Of a stretch of 64,000 nt of DNA, positions 55,636-64,000 are shown in pieces. Every line of letters starts with the position of its first letter. Within the stretch, counting starts at the first letter, position 1. The stretch is taken from positions 8,896-72,895 of the IMG/VR virus record IMGVR_UViG_3300011445_000018; one strand, 5' to 3'. This DNA comes from a virus. The notes under the pieces are model-generated. The model worked only from the letters and a program-made list of their open reading frames with translations. It was not told the origin of the DNA and did not search any database. Made by a program: the position numbers and the translations under genes.

Positions 55636-56022
55636 TTATTTCCACACATTTAAGAACGTGTACCAATTCGCTGGTCTAAATAATTTCTGATACTCGAATT
55701 CACTTGCTGCTGTTACGATCCATATACCTATACCTTTGGCCGCTAGATGAGGAAAAACATCCAATTGAGCAGCCGTAAAGCGATAGGCTAAAGGGTTCTT
55801 TACTTCTATCCATCTGGCACCATGTCTAGAGTGAGCACAATATAAGTCAGGTAACCCCATGCAGAATTCATTACCATGTGTTTCGATAACAAACCAATCC
55901 TTTATTTTTAACATATCAACGAAATCGTTTTGTATAATACGTTCCGGCCCCGTGACCCCTGCTTTAGGACCGCGTTTCCTGGCTGTTGGTCCGGGGATAC
56001 CTAGTTCATCGAACAAAGTCAT
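55636..56022 (-). CDS. VRR-NUC / Holliday-junction-resolvase-like nuclease
   Basis: E..IQ, G.PDL, WIEVK, T..Q. Confidence 0.85.
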   Translation of the reverse strand: MTLFDELGIPGPTARKRGPKAGVTGPERIIQNDFVDMLKIKDWFVIETHGNEFCMGLPDLYCAHSRHGARWIEVKNPLAYRFTAAQLDVFPHLAAKGIGIWIVTAASEFEYQKLFRPANWYTFLNVWK

Positions 56023-56127
56023 AAGTGCATGTAGCTTTCTTTATCCAGAATTATTTCCTCAACAATTTCCTCAACCTCTTTCTTTGATATATCTCTCCAC
56101 GTGAAAGCCTTATCAATCGTTACACTA

Positions 56128-56478
56128 TTATGTTGCGTCCTGAATATCACGCCCCATGGTTTGCTTCTCGCCTCCGCCCCACTTCTCAATTCGATCTCCA
56201 CCACTGCTTTCCATAGCAGTATTTTGTTCCTTAGGTCTATTGCTTTCTTTCGCATTGCTAGTCCTTGCTAGAATTAACAATTTGATGGCCTGTCGCATTT
56301 CGTTATGCCAATCATCTGTCCCTATGACATATTCCTTACTACTATGAATATGTTCCATCGCTCTTGTTATCCAGTACGAAGTATTACCCACATCGAGCAA
56401 TATCTTTTCCGCTCGTGTTGGATTGTTCGGACTGAAAATGCTTTCCAGTGCAATTTTCTTTAATTCTCTTTGCTGCAT
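56128..56478 (-). CDS. hypothetical protein
   Basis: Coupled ORF. Confidence 0.5.
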   Translation of the reverse strand: MQQRELKKIALESIFSPNNPTRAEKILLDVGNTSYWITRAMEHIHSSKEYVIGTDDWHNEMRQAIKLLILARTSNAKESNRPKEQNTAMESSGGDRIEKWGGGEKQTMGRDIQDAT

Positions 56479-56797
56479 TTTGTATTTCCTCTACCAAAGT
56501 CATTTTGTTAAGAATATGATAATTACTTATTTTCATATGCTTACCGATTTCACGCAATTTACGTATACTTAACAAATCAAATGGTGTTCCTTTTGTTAAT
56601 TTGTTATCAATGAAATCTTTAATTGAATCGCGATCTAGTTCAGCTATAACTGTTAATAGATCTACACGCTCACTTTCCGTCGCTAGATTGAAAGCGATCT
56701 CAAAATCATCACTATGGATGATATTATTACAGTTACGAATATGTAAGAACTGTGCGTGAAATAACTCACGTATTATTATCAACTCTTTCATTTTCAC
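56384..56797 (-). CDS. hypothetical protein with a Rho-N-like helix-extension-helix
   Basis: LS..KLR.I.K...I..Y..L.K..LV..I. Confidence 0.55.
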   Translation of the reverse strand: MKMKELIIIRELFHAQFLHIRNCNNIIHSDDFEIAFNLATESERVDLLTVIAELDRDSIKDFIDNKLTKGTPFDLLSIRKLREIGKHMKISNYHILNKMTLVEEIQNAAKRIKENCTGKHFQSEQSNTSGKDIARCG

Positions 56798-56917
56798 GTA
56801 GCTCTCTTGTTAGATAATCGCACGCTGCTATATAGAGCAAGGCTTCATGCTCTTGAAGCGTACGATCAGTACGCTTTAGCTCCATGATCAAAGCAATAAG
56901 ACTATCTGTATCAAACA

Positions 56918-59146
56918 TCATTTATCGGCCCAACTTCCCATATTATTGTGCCAATCAATACTTATGAGCGGTACTTTAGGTCTGAACATATCCAAGGTAT
57001 TTTTAACAACATCATTTAATAAATCTATTTTTTCCGGTACGCAAGGGCACATCACTTCATCATGCTCATTCATTGGCTGTACCACCCACGGATTAATTCC
57101 TACCGGTTGCATATCCCATATGTTACGCTCCAACTGTTTTGTTATATGTGCCCCGGACCCTTGAATTTCGTGATTACCGCCAGCCCTGGTATTCGATCCT
57201 TGGATAGCAAAAGCTGCCGCATACAATGCTGATTGAATAGCTCCTAAGACTGTTTGTTCTGTATCACGACGCTTTACTTTAATATTATCGAACATTTTCC
57301 ATTTTTGCGGAATCTTGTTCGCTAAGAAATACAATGCCTTACAAATCTTATTTTCCAAAGTAAAAAATCTAGGAAAAGCAAAAAGTGTTTCAATCTTGTC
57401 TGCTGGTTCGTTCCAATATACTTTGGTACCGCGTCCATTGGGTTGTTGCATGGATTGAAACATTTTAACAACACGCTGACGACCTTCCGCTGTTTTTGGA
57501 AACTCTTTCATAAACATTTGGTAATAGGCTTCAGCGTCCTCGTCACTAATACCTAAACGTTTCTTCAAAGTATAGGCTTCACCGAAATAAATAAGAGCAA
57601 ACAACCCACTTTTTGCTCTGGTATATTTTTCCTTATCTTCTAACATTTGTTCGTAAGTAAGCGGAGGGTAGGCAAATGTACCAAAGACAGCATGAATTTT
57701 CTTTTTACTAGTAACAATGTCAGCCATTTTACTATCATGATACACAGCTATGGCAATTGTTATTTCAAAGCTTTCAAAGTCCCCACCACATAAACGCATA
57801 CCTTTTGGGGCAAGTGTAAAACATTCACGAATTTCTTTTTGACGACCAATACCTTGACTGTTAAAATCACCACCGCTACCGCTCTTACGTCCGCTTAACG
57901 CACCAATGATTTCCGCTGCTGCGTGAAAGCGTCCAGCGGTCTTTAATTTGTTAATCATATCAAGACGATATTTAGCTTGTCGAGCTTTCAAACACATGCC
58001 CGCTCGTTCAGCGATCTTGCCACCCCACGTATCGCGTAAATTTTCCAGAATAACTTTTTTTGTCGAACCCTCGGCCACTAAATCAAACATCTCTTTCTCA
58101 TCGGGAGTCATAACCTCTGTTATGAATCTGCGTACATTGTTTGGTGCTTTCGGTGCTGCTTCCGCCTCTTGTTCGATTGTTAATTTAAGATTATCTAATT
58201 TATTTATATCGATCGAATAGCCTCGCCACCTGTTCGCTCCAACCATGCACGCTAGTTCGCTATCATTATCACCGATTCCTGCTTTAAGATGATGAAAAAG
58301 CTCCTCGGTATATTTCACATCATCCTCTGCATATTGTCTAGCAAGACGATTGTTCAACCAATGTGATATATGCAGATGTATTACCGCTGGCCATGTAACA
58401 CCGCGTTTCCATCCGCTGCCCTTGCGTACCTTGGCTCGCCAATCCGGTCCGCTTGATATCGCTAACGCGAACGGAGCGTATCCCACTTCGATAGGGTATT
58501 GAGGAACATCTATTTCTCCGTACCTTAGTACCTCTTTCGGATCATGACCTAGAGCGTGTACCGCTAATGTTTTTAATGCTCCGCTGGGTTTGAACTTTAA
58601 TACTATGTCTTTCCACTCTTCACCCTCTTTGCTGTTATAAATAGCCCAGCGTGGGGCATATTTATTTTTTCTATTTGCGAAATAAATATCATCTAATCTT
58701 ACATTTAATTCCAGATAATAGCGTACATCGTCCGCAACACTACGATGTACTTTTTTAATTTTAATATCTTTGCGTTGCATCGTATCCTGATATTTGCCCT
58801 TGCGTGCCCACAACATTAGATCGCACGCTCTATTGGGCTTGATACAGAATCCATCACGCCCCAAAGGTTCCTTGGCCGCTACCAAATCAATAATATCTTC
58901 GGGATACTCGTGTGGTGGTAGCAAGCTCCAAATGGTATACAACTTACTTAAATGGAAATGGTCGAAAGCCAAATTGAAACCTATATTATCTTGCTCCATC
59001 ATCCATTCAATAAGTTTCAGCGTTTCGATAACTTGTTCCGTCCAAACATTGAACAGCTTGATAGGATCATTGTTATATTTATATTGAATAAGGACTGCTA
59101 ATCCGTGTAGTCCACAGGTCTCAGTATCATAGATCAAGTTTTTCAT
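56918..59146 (-). CDS. polA: family A DNA polymerase with 3'-5' exonuclease
   Basis: Exonuclease DTET, FN..FD, YA.DD; motif A DF..FE, motif B AK...F.LIY, N..IQG, motif C HDE. Confidence 0.9.
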   Translation of the reverse strand: MKNLIYDTETCGLHGLAVLIQYKYNNDPIKLFNVWTEQVIETLKLIEWMMEQDNIGFNLAFDHFHLSKLYTIWSLLPPHEYPEDIIDLVAAKEPLGRDGFCIKPNRACDLMLWARKGKYQDTMQRKDIKIKKVHRSVADDVRYYLELNVRLDDIYFANRKNKYAPRWAIYNSKEGEEWKDIVLKFKPSGALKTLAVHALGHDPKEVLRYGEIDVPQYPIEVGYAPFALAISSGPDWRAKVRKGSGWKRGVTWPAVIHLHISHWLNNRLARQYAEDDVKYTEELFHHLKAGIGDNDSELACMVGANRWRGYSIDINKLDNLKLTIEQEAEAAPKAPNNVRRFITEVMTPDEKEMFDLVAEGSTKKVILENLRDTWGGKIAERAGMCLKARQAKYRLDMINKLKTAGRFHAAAEIIGALSGRKSGSGGDFNSQGIGRQKEIRECFTLAPKGMRLCGGDFESFEITIAIAVYHDSKMADIVTSKKKIHAVFGTFAYPPLTYEQMLEDKEKYTRAKSGLFALIYFGEAYTLKKRLGISDEDAEAYYQMFMKEFPKTAEGRQRVVKMFQSMQQPNGRGTKVYWNEPADKIETLFAFPRFFTLENKICKALYFLANKIPQKWKMFDNIKVKRRDTEQTVLGAIQSALYAAAFAIQGSNTRAGGNHEIQGSGAHITKQLERNIWDMQPVGINPWVVQPMNEHDEVMCPCVPEKIDLLNDVVKNTLDMFRPKVPLISIDWHNNMGSWADK

Positions 59147-59153
59147 ACAATAT

Positions 59154-59372
59154 TTATTTAGGCTCCTCTCTTTTAATTATTGGGTAACCAGCTTTATCTA
59201 ACAACCATCCAATGGCAGCGATAACAACCATCACTTGCAATACCAACAATGTCCATCCTTTGTATGGTTGTGGTATTGGGACAATTGTTATTAGATAATA
59301 TAACAATCCCACAACAGCGAAGAAAATCAAAAGCTCAAACACTACTCGAACTATTCCTTGAATGTTGAACAT
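59154..59372 (-). CDS. two-TM membrane protein
   Basis: Two hydrophobic helices separated by PIPQPYK. Confidence 0.7.
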   Translation of the reverse strand: MFNIQGIVRVVFELLIFFAVVGLLYYLITIVPIPQPYKGWTLLVLQVMVVIAAIGWLLDKAGYPIIKREEPK

Positions 59373-59607
59373 GATTTATGTACCAATCTAGTTTTATTCG
59401 TTCGTAACCATTTTTATCAATCGCGAAATCAAAACATCCTTGACACTCAAGCCATCCATGCCGTTCATTATATTCTGTCCCTCCACAATTAGGACATTTA
59501 CCACTACCTACTTTCGATGGGTCCACTTGTATTAATACTAACATTCCCCGTAGCTTGGCTAAGAGGGTTGTGTTCCATAATTCTCTTTGTCTTAGTTTTC
59601 TTGCCAT
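59335..59607 (-). CDS. zinc-ribbon hypothetical protein
   Basis: CPNCG...C.GC. Confidence 0.5.
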   Translation of the reverse strand: MARKLRQRELWNTTLLAKLRGMLVLIQVDPSKVGSGKCPNCGGTEYNERHGWLECQGCFDFAIDKNGYERIKLDWYINHVQHSRNSSSSV

Positions 59608-59795
59608 GTAATTTATTGATAAGTTTGCGACCTAGACGTGTGCCTTTATAACGCTTGATACCAGCACGTAGTATTCTTTCTTTAAGAGTCATCTTCCTCC
59701 TCCTCATTTTCATCTAATTCTTCATCAATATCTTCATCATCGCCCACTGAACATTTAACGTTTGCTTCTAAGTATTTCTTAACCATGCTAGTCAC

Positions 59796-60638
59796 CTAAG
59801 CTAAATTCTGCAACTCATAAGGAATAGTATACGACACACCTTTCGTATCAGCGATCTCTCTTACATCTTGAAATATCTCGAAATCGCTAATTTCTCCAGC
59901 CGCCCAAGCCAAGCAACGAGTGCCAAAGTTGTTGCCAACAAACTCCTGAATATGATTCTGCATCCAGAAAATATCATCCTTGTCCCTTTCCTTTGTCTTT
60001 AATATGTTACGTTTAACAGCACCAATTGGCTTTATTCGCGGTACCTTTTCCCCTCGTACCTTAGCATCCTTAATTTTCCTGGCCGCCTCGATTTGTTTAT
60101 TAATATCTTTTAATCCATGTAGTTCCTTTATTTGTTGTTGGTTAATAAGTCCACTAGCCGCTGCTTTACGTATTGGTTCAGGTAACTCTAACAACATGTA
60201 ACGAATGTTAACCCATGTTGAACTTTTGCCTAGCTCTTGAGCGACCTCACCAACACTCATTCCCGATAGTTTCAAACGTTCAAGGGCACTTGCTTCTTGC
60301 ATAATATTCAAATCCTTACGGTGAAGATTCTCACCTAGGTTCAATATTAATGCCTGGCTTTCAGTTAAATTATTATTTAAAACAGCTGGTATTGTTTCAC
60401 GTTTCAATACCTTAAAAGCCATGTGTCGGCGATGGCCACAAATAATCCGATATTTAAATTTCTCGGGCTTATATTCATTGTATAATTGAGCAACGATTGG
60501 TTGTTGTAATCCATGTGCCTCAATATCTTTAACAAGGTCAATGACATCGATTGGTGCTATTGCATCGCCCCTGCAATTAAATAAGCAGTCGGCAAACAAT
60601 TCTGACATAGGTAACATAACAATTTCACTAACGTCCAT
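59796..60638 (-). CDS. ParB/RepB/Spo0J-family protein
   Basis: L..DI...GL.QPI, IICGHRR..A, ENL.RKDL...EA, HTH. Confidence 0.9.
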   Translation of the reverse strand: MDVSEIVMLPMSELFADCLFNCRGDAIAPIDVIDLVKDIEAHGLQQPIVAQLYNEYKPEKFKYRIICGHRRHMAFKVLKRETIPAVLNNNLTESQALILNLGENLHRKDLNIMQEASALERLKLSGMSVGEVAQELGKSSTWVNIRYMLLELPEPIRKAAASGLINQQQIKELHGLKDINKQIEAARKIKDAKVRGEKVPRIKPIGAVKRNILKTKERDKDDIFWMQNHIQEFVGNNFGTRCLAWAAGEISDFEIFQDVREIADTKGVSYTIPYELQNLA

Positions 60639-61097
60639 TTATTTTATCCTTCTATTATTAGCTTGTTCCTTGGGCGTTGCCCAAGTACAATTTTCTGAGC
60701 AATAATTACCATTATTATCGATACGATCTAGTGTCATACCTTCTGGTGGTTCTCCCATATCTAAAAGAAAATTTAAAAAGCCATCTTTACCTTGCCAATC
60801 ATCGCAAACTGTTATCCCACGACCACCATAATCAGCATAATGTAATTGATTTTTATCATAACATCTTTGTTTCATAGAAGCCCAAATAATATATATTTTA
60901 GTTTTAGAATAACCATGTTTAAATTTTCCAGATTTACCACAAAGATTACATCTTCTTGTGTGACCTCTAGATACATTAGTGATTGTGGTATCAAATGTTC
61001 TTTTACAAATTGGACAAATATATGTAGCAAATGTATTTTTACCTTTCATAAATTCGCTACGAGGAACCATTTGTGGCACCGTATTCAACATAATCAT
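60639..61097 (-). CDS. free-standing HNH homing-endonuclease-like protein
   Basis: [24 protein letters not shown]...NC.WAT..EQ.NN. Confidence 0.88.
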   Translation of the reverse strand: MIMLNTVPQMVPRSEFMKGKNTFATYICPICKRTFDTTITNVSRGHTRRCNLCGKSGKFKHGYSKTKIYIIWASMKQRCYDKNQLHYADYGGRGITVCDDWQGKDGFLNFLLDMGEPPEGMTLDRIDNNGNYCSENCTWATPKEQANNRRIK

Positions 61098-62991
61098 CTC
61101 TTCTTATATTTTCATATTCCTGAACTGCTTGTCTAAATTTCCCTAAAGACATTGCTAATAAATCTGCTTTCGCATTTAGATTATCTAATACGTATTGATC
61201 TGAGTCAAGATGTATTGCATCAATGATCGTGGCTCCTCTGTTAACATCCATTCCAGGACGATGAATACGATTGATAAGTTGAACGCGATCATCGAAATTA
61301 AATGTGTTTGAATAGCAAAAGAGACTTGGTGACGCTGTTAGAGTTAACCCCGTACCCGCTGCCCCACCTTGAGCTATGAAAGCTACTCGATCATCAAAGT
61401 TCTTGTTCTGAAATCGCTCTAACATATCTTCTTTTGACATGCTTATTTGAACAAATTCTCCTAAATCAGCATCCACTTGGGCACTGAAATATTTCCAACC
61501 TCTGCCATCAGCTTGAATAACACTCCATTTCTCTTTTAAAGCGATCCTGACACAGCGATCAACGCTCGCTTGAAAGCCAGCATAAGTAACGAATCGTGCA
61601 ACGTCCTCGTGTTCCTCTAACAAATTAATCAACAAATTATCTTTCGGACAAGCGATCTCTGTATAAAGACGTCGCATCTTAGGCGTTGTACATTCGCCAT
61701 CGCAATTAGGACATGTAACTTCTAACGAGCGTACGGCTTTCATTTCATAATCATCGCCTTCTGTCTCGGTTATGTTATATTTACCAGAGCCTTTACAAAG
61801 TTCGCAAGTCTCTCGCTCCCCGGTTTCTTCTTCTTTGTACTGGAAACCATCGGACAACTCACGTAGCTTCATTAAAGCTGTGACTGTCCGTGGAGTCGTA
61901 TCAACAATCATTTTCGCCGCTCTAACTATTAGGTCACTTGGCTCAAGCTTTATTACCTTGTATTGAAGTTCGGGTAAATGTTTTAATACATCTTTCTTAA
62001 ACATAACAATGTTCAGCCCTTGCATTCTCTGATATAGTTGCTCTACTTCATTAATACTTTTCGTGAAAACATGACCACTTGTTAGATCACCATGATCCTC
62101 TTTCAGCTTACCGCACATTGAACACTTATTCTCATTATCTCTCCAAGCTTCTACCTTAGTATATACTTGATTTGATGCACTTGTTTGTTCGCTCATAACA
62201 GCTAATCGGGTACGAAATTTATACCAATCGCCTTCACGCAAGAAGCCTGGACATGCTACCTCACATAAATGCCACCAATCACATGGATCTTTAGGTGCTG
62301 GTGCACCGGACATCAATCCTATGAACGCCTCATCCTTGAGCTTGGTACGCATGGCTTCTGTTAACTTATCAGCCATCTCTGACACTTGACTATTATTACT
62401 TTTGATTTTCTGTGCTTCATCAAAGATCAAGGCTTCTGGAACATATAATTCGTTCTTTTTAACGAGTTCCCTGAACGTACTATATGTTAGAAATAACACA
62501 TGGTCCTTGAGCGGACTTTTCCATTTCTTGAATTCCAGTTTCACGGCTGCTATCGAACTACCCGTTCCTACCCAAATAATACTAGTATAACCGGAATACT
62601 CCAAAGCCTCGATCATGGACAGCGTTTTTCCGACACCCATTTCGCCAGAGATAATAGCTTGTATACGTGTTATTTGATGCCAGAACATTATCTCCTGATG
62701 TGGCATTAATATGTCACGTTTAGGCTTAGCCTTAATTAATGGACGATCGTATTGTTCATAGGGATTCTTACCAGCGAGAAATGATATTTGGAATCTGTTA
62801 CGTGCGTTATCTGGTACACTCCATATTTTACGTGGGTTCTTTTCATCGTAGCCGTGCCAACGGCGACCAGCCATCTGCTGTACTTCTTTTAACAAATCCT
62901 TGCTGTAAGGGAAAGCTAAATACAACCTACCACTCTCAGCAGTAATATCAACTGGCACCATGTACTTGCCAGCACGCATTTGTACTATCAT
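61057..62991 (-). CDS. SNF2-like SF2 helicase with zinc-finger insertions
   Basis: EMGVGKT, DEAQ, SGAP, G.GLTLT, Q...RIHR.G; CxxCxGxG insert. Confidence 0.88.
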   Translation of the reverse strand: MIVQMRAGKYMVPVDITAESGRLYLAFPYSKDLLKEVQQMAGRRWHGYDEKNPRKIWSVPDNARNRFQISFLAGKNPYEQYDRPLIKAKPKRDILMPHQEIMFWHQITRIQAIISGEMGVGKTLSMIEALEYSGYTSIIWVGTGSSIAAVKLEFKKWKSPLKDHVLFLTYSTFRELVKKNELYVPEALIFDEAQKIKSNNSQVSEMADKLTEAMRTKLKDEAFIGLMSGAPAPKDPCDWWHLCEVACPGFLREGDWYKFRTRLAVMSEQTSASNQVYTKVEAWRDNENKCSMCGKLKEDHGDLTSGHVFTKSINEVEQLYQRMQGLNIVMFKKDVLKHLPELQYKVIKLEPSDLIVRAAKMIVDTTPRTVTALMKLRELSDGFQYKEEETGERETCELCKGSGKYNITETEGDDYEMKAVRSLEVTCPNCDGECTTPKMRRLYTEIACPKDNLLINLLEEHEDVARFVTYAGFQASVDRCVRIALKEKWSVIQADGRGWKYFSAQVDADLGEFVQISMSKEDMLERFQNKNFDDRVAFIAQGGAAGTGLTLTASPSLFCYSNTFNFDDRVQLINRIHRPGMDVNRGATIIDAIHLDSDQYVLDNLNAKADLLAMSLGKFRQAVQEYENIRRDDYVEYGATNGSS

Positions 62992-63152
62992 GCCGCCTCC
63001 ACTTCGGTCCAGCTACCGTCAGCTTCTAAATAATAAAAAGTATTATTCTCGAATTTAATAACATCGAATTCGCATAACCCTACTTGCTCTAACCATTCTT
63101 CTTGATATTCAACGTATTGTAAGAAGTAGCCGTTTTGATATACGAGGTACAT
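62988..63152 (-). CDS. small acidic protein (tandem paralog)
   Basis: QY..Y..EW...V....V.KFE.N.FY.L.....W.EVE shared with the neighbour. Confidence 0.65.
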   Translation of the reverse strand: MYLVYQNGYFLQYVEYQEEWLEQVGLCEFDVIKFENNTFYYLEADGSWTEVEAA

Positions 63153-63319
63153 TAACCGATCTCCACTTCGCCCCATTGTGCATTTTCATCTAGTTCATAA
63201 AAGGCATTATCTTCAAATTTATAAACAGACATTACACCATCTTCTACTGCTTGTTCCCATTCTTTGTTATAATCAGCGTATTGAACCACGTCACCAAATT
63301 CATTAATAGTTAAAAACAT
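63152..63319 (-). CDS. small acidic protein (tandem paralog, below the ORF-track cutoff)
   Basis: MFLTINEFGDVVQYADYNKEW...WGEVEIG, 55 aa. Confidence 0.65.
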   Translation of the reverse strand: MFLTINEFGDVVQYADYNKEWEQAVEDGVMSVYKFEDNAFYELDENAQWGEVEIG

Positions 63320-63855
63320 CACTTCTTCTCCAACAAAAAGGTATAGTCCTGTTGCATTTTCTTTTTGTAGTTTTCAAAGATAAAAGTCAATCCTCGCTCT
63401 CTTTCAAGAATCAACATTATTCTATCGAACAGGTATCGTGTTTCATGTTTGAATTGCCAATCTCTAGCGATATTATTAACAATAGTTTGATACCAAGCAT
63501 TTAAAGAACCAGTAGCGATTATTAATAATATGCCATCAGGTAAATCCTTTTTAATAGTTGTAATATTGTTAGGGTTGAATTCCTCCCATGTTTCTTTGTT
63601 ACAAGCTATGAAGAACTGGTAGCTGAGATACTCCATGAACATAGGTTGCATGTTTCTTAGAACAGCTAATGGGTTCTTTATATTCCATCCAAAGTACGCT
63701 GCTACATTTAACAAAATAAGTGCGTCATCGGAGAAGTCAACGGGTAAGCTATTTATATCAATATCAGGACGAAGGTTCAAAACCTTGTCCATCGTTGCCC
63801 TGAACGATGGCCAATTGTATTGTGTTACACCTAACAATCCTACTTCTGGTGTCAT
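63319..63855 (-). CDS. hypothetical protein, possibly a degenerate ThyX fold
   Basis: E.LSY.F.I and I.TG.L..W patterns; no RHRxxS motif. Confidence 0.4.
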   Translation of the reverse strand: MTPEVGLLGVTQYNWPSFRATMDKVLNLRPDIDINSLPVDFSDDALILLNVAAYFGWNIKNPLAVLRNMQPMFMEYLSYQFFIACNKETWEEFNPNNITTIKKDLPDGILLIIATGSLNAWYQTIVNNIARDWQFKHETRYLFDRIMLILERERGLTFIFENYKKKMQQDYTFLLEKK

Positions 63856-63880
63856 AAATGTTTAGCTCTCGCGTGGTCGG

Positions 63881-64000
63881 TCATGATTTCAACTCCTCTG
63901 GAATCTTAGGGATCGGACCATACCACAACATAGAAGCTGCACCATGCCAATTAGCGATTCGCACAGCTGAAAGCCCATTACCACCCATGCATAATTTCCC
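63881..64000 (-). CDS. 3' end of a CDS running in from the window edge
   Basis: Open 39 codons to TGA at 63881. Confidence 0.5.
   Translation of the reverse strand, partial: GKLCMGGNGLSAVRIANWHGAASMLWYGPIPKIPEELKS

Noticed and set aside
60639-61097. Group I intron or intein around the HNH gene
   Set aside because: The flanking helicase and ParB genes look complete, and there is no non-coding space for an intron core.

Overview
This window is 64 kb of a tailed dsDNA phage genome (siphovirus-like). It has three blocks. (1) A minus-strand late operon from about 31.8 kb down to base 1: an exported protein, a papain-like protease, the small and lambda-gpA-type large terminase, the portal, about 13 kb of fibre/decoration genes (including a sulfotransferase and a G8/beta-helix protein), then the connector, scaffold, capsid, tail tube, a -1-frameshifted tail chaperone, the tape measure and tail genes. 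(2) A control region (31.8-33.1 kb) rich in palindromes, with an (ATGAACG)9 tandem and a sigma54-type promoter, feeding a plus-strand, probably early, operon (33.1-38.7 kb). (3) Minus-strand replication and nucleotide genes (38.7-64 kb): PolA, SNF2-like helicase, ParB, ligase, ThyX, PyrE, sigma factor, and DHH, VRR-NUC and PD-(D/E)xK nucleases. The main discovery candidate is the architecture of the plus-strand operon. About 12 copies of the motif GCAACCATCCC punctuate it, almost always directly after a hairpin or stem and before an RBS or the next stem. Three whole genes (one of 1.4 kb) and three ORF-less RNAs are clamped inside G-U-rich helices, 23-28 bp long for five of the six. One upstream hairpin carries the exact antisense of the motif, suggesting a single docking/guide site with many selector sites. 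All annotations come from motif recognition by eye; no database searches were run.
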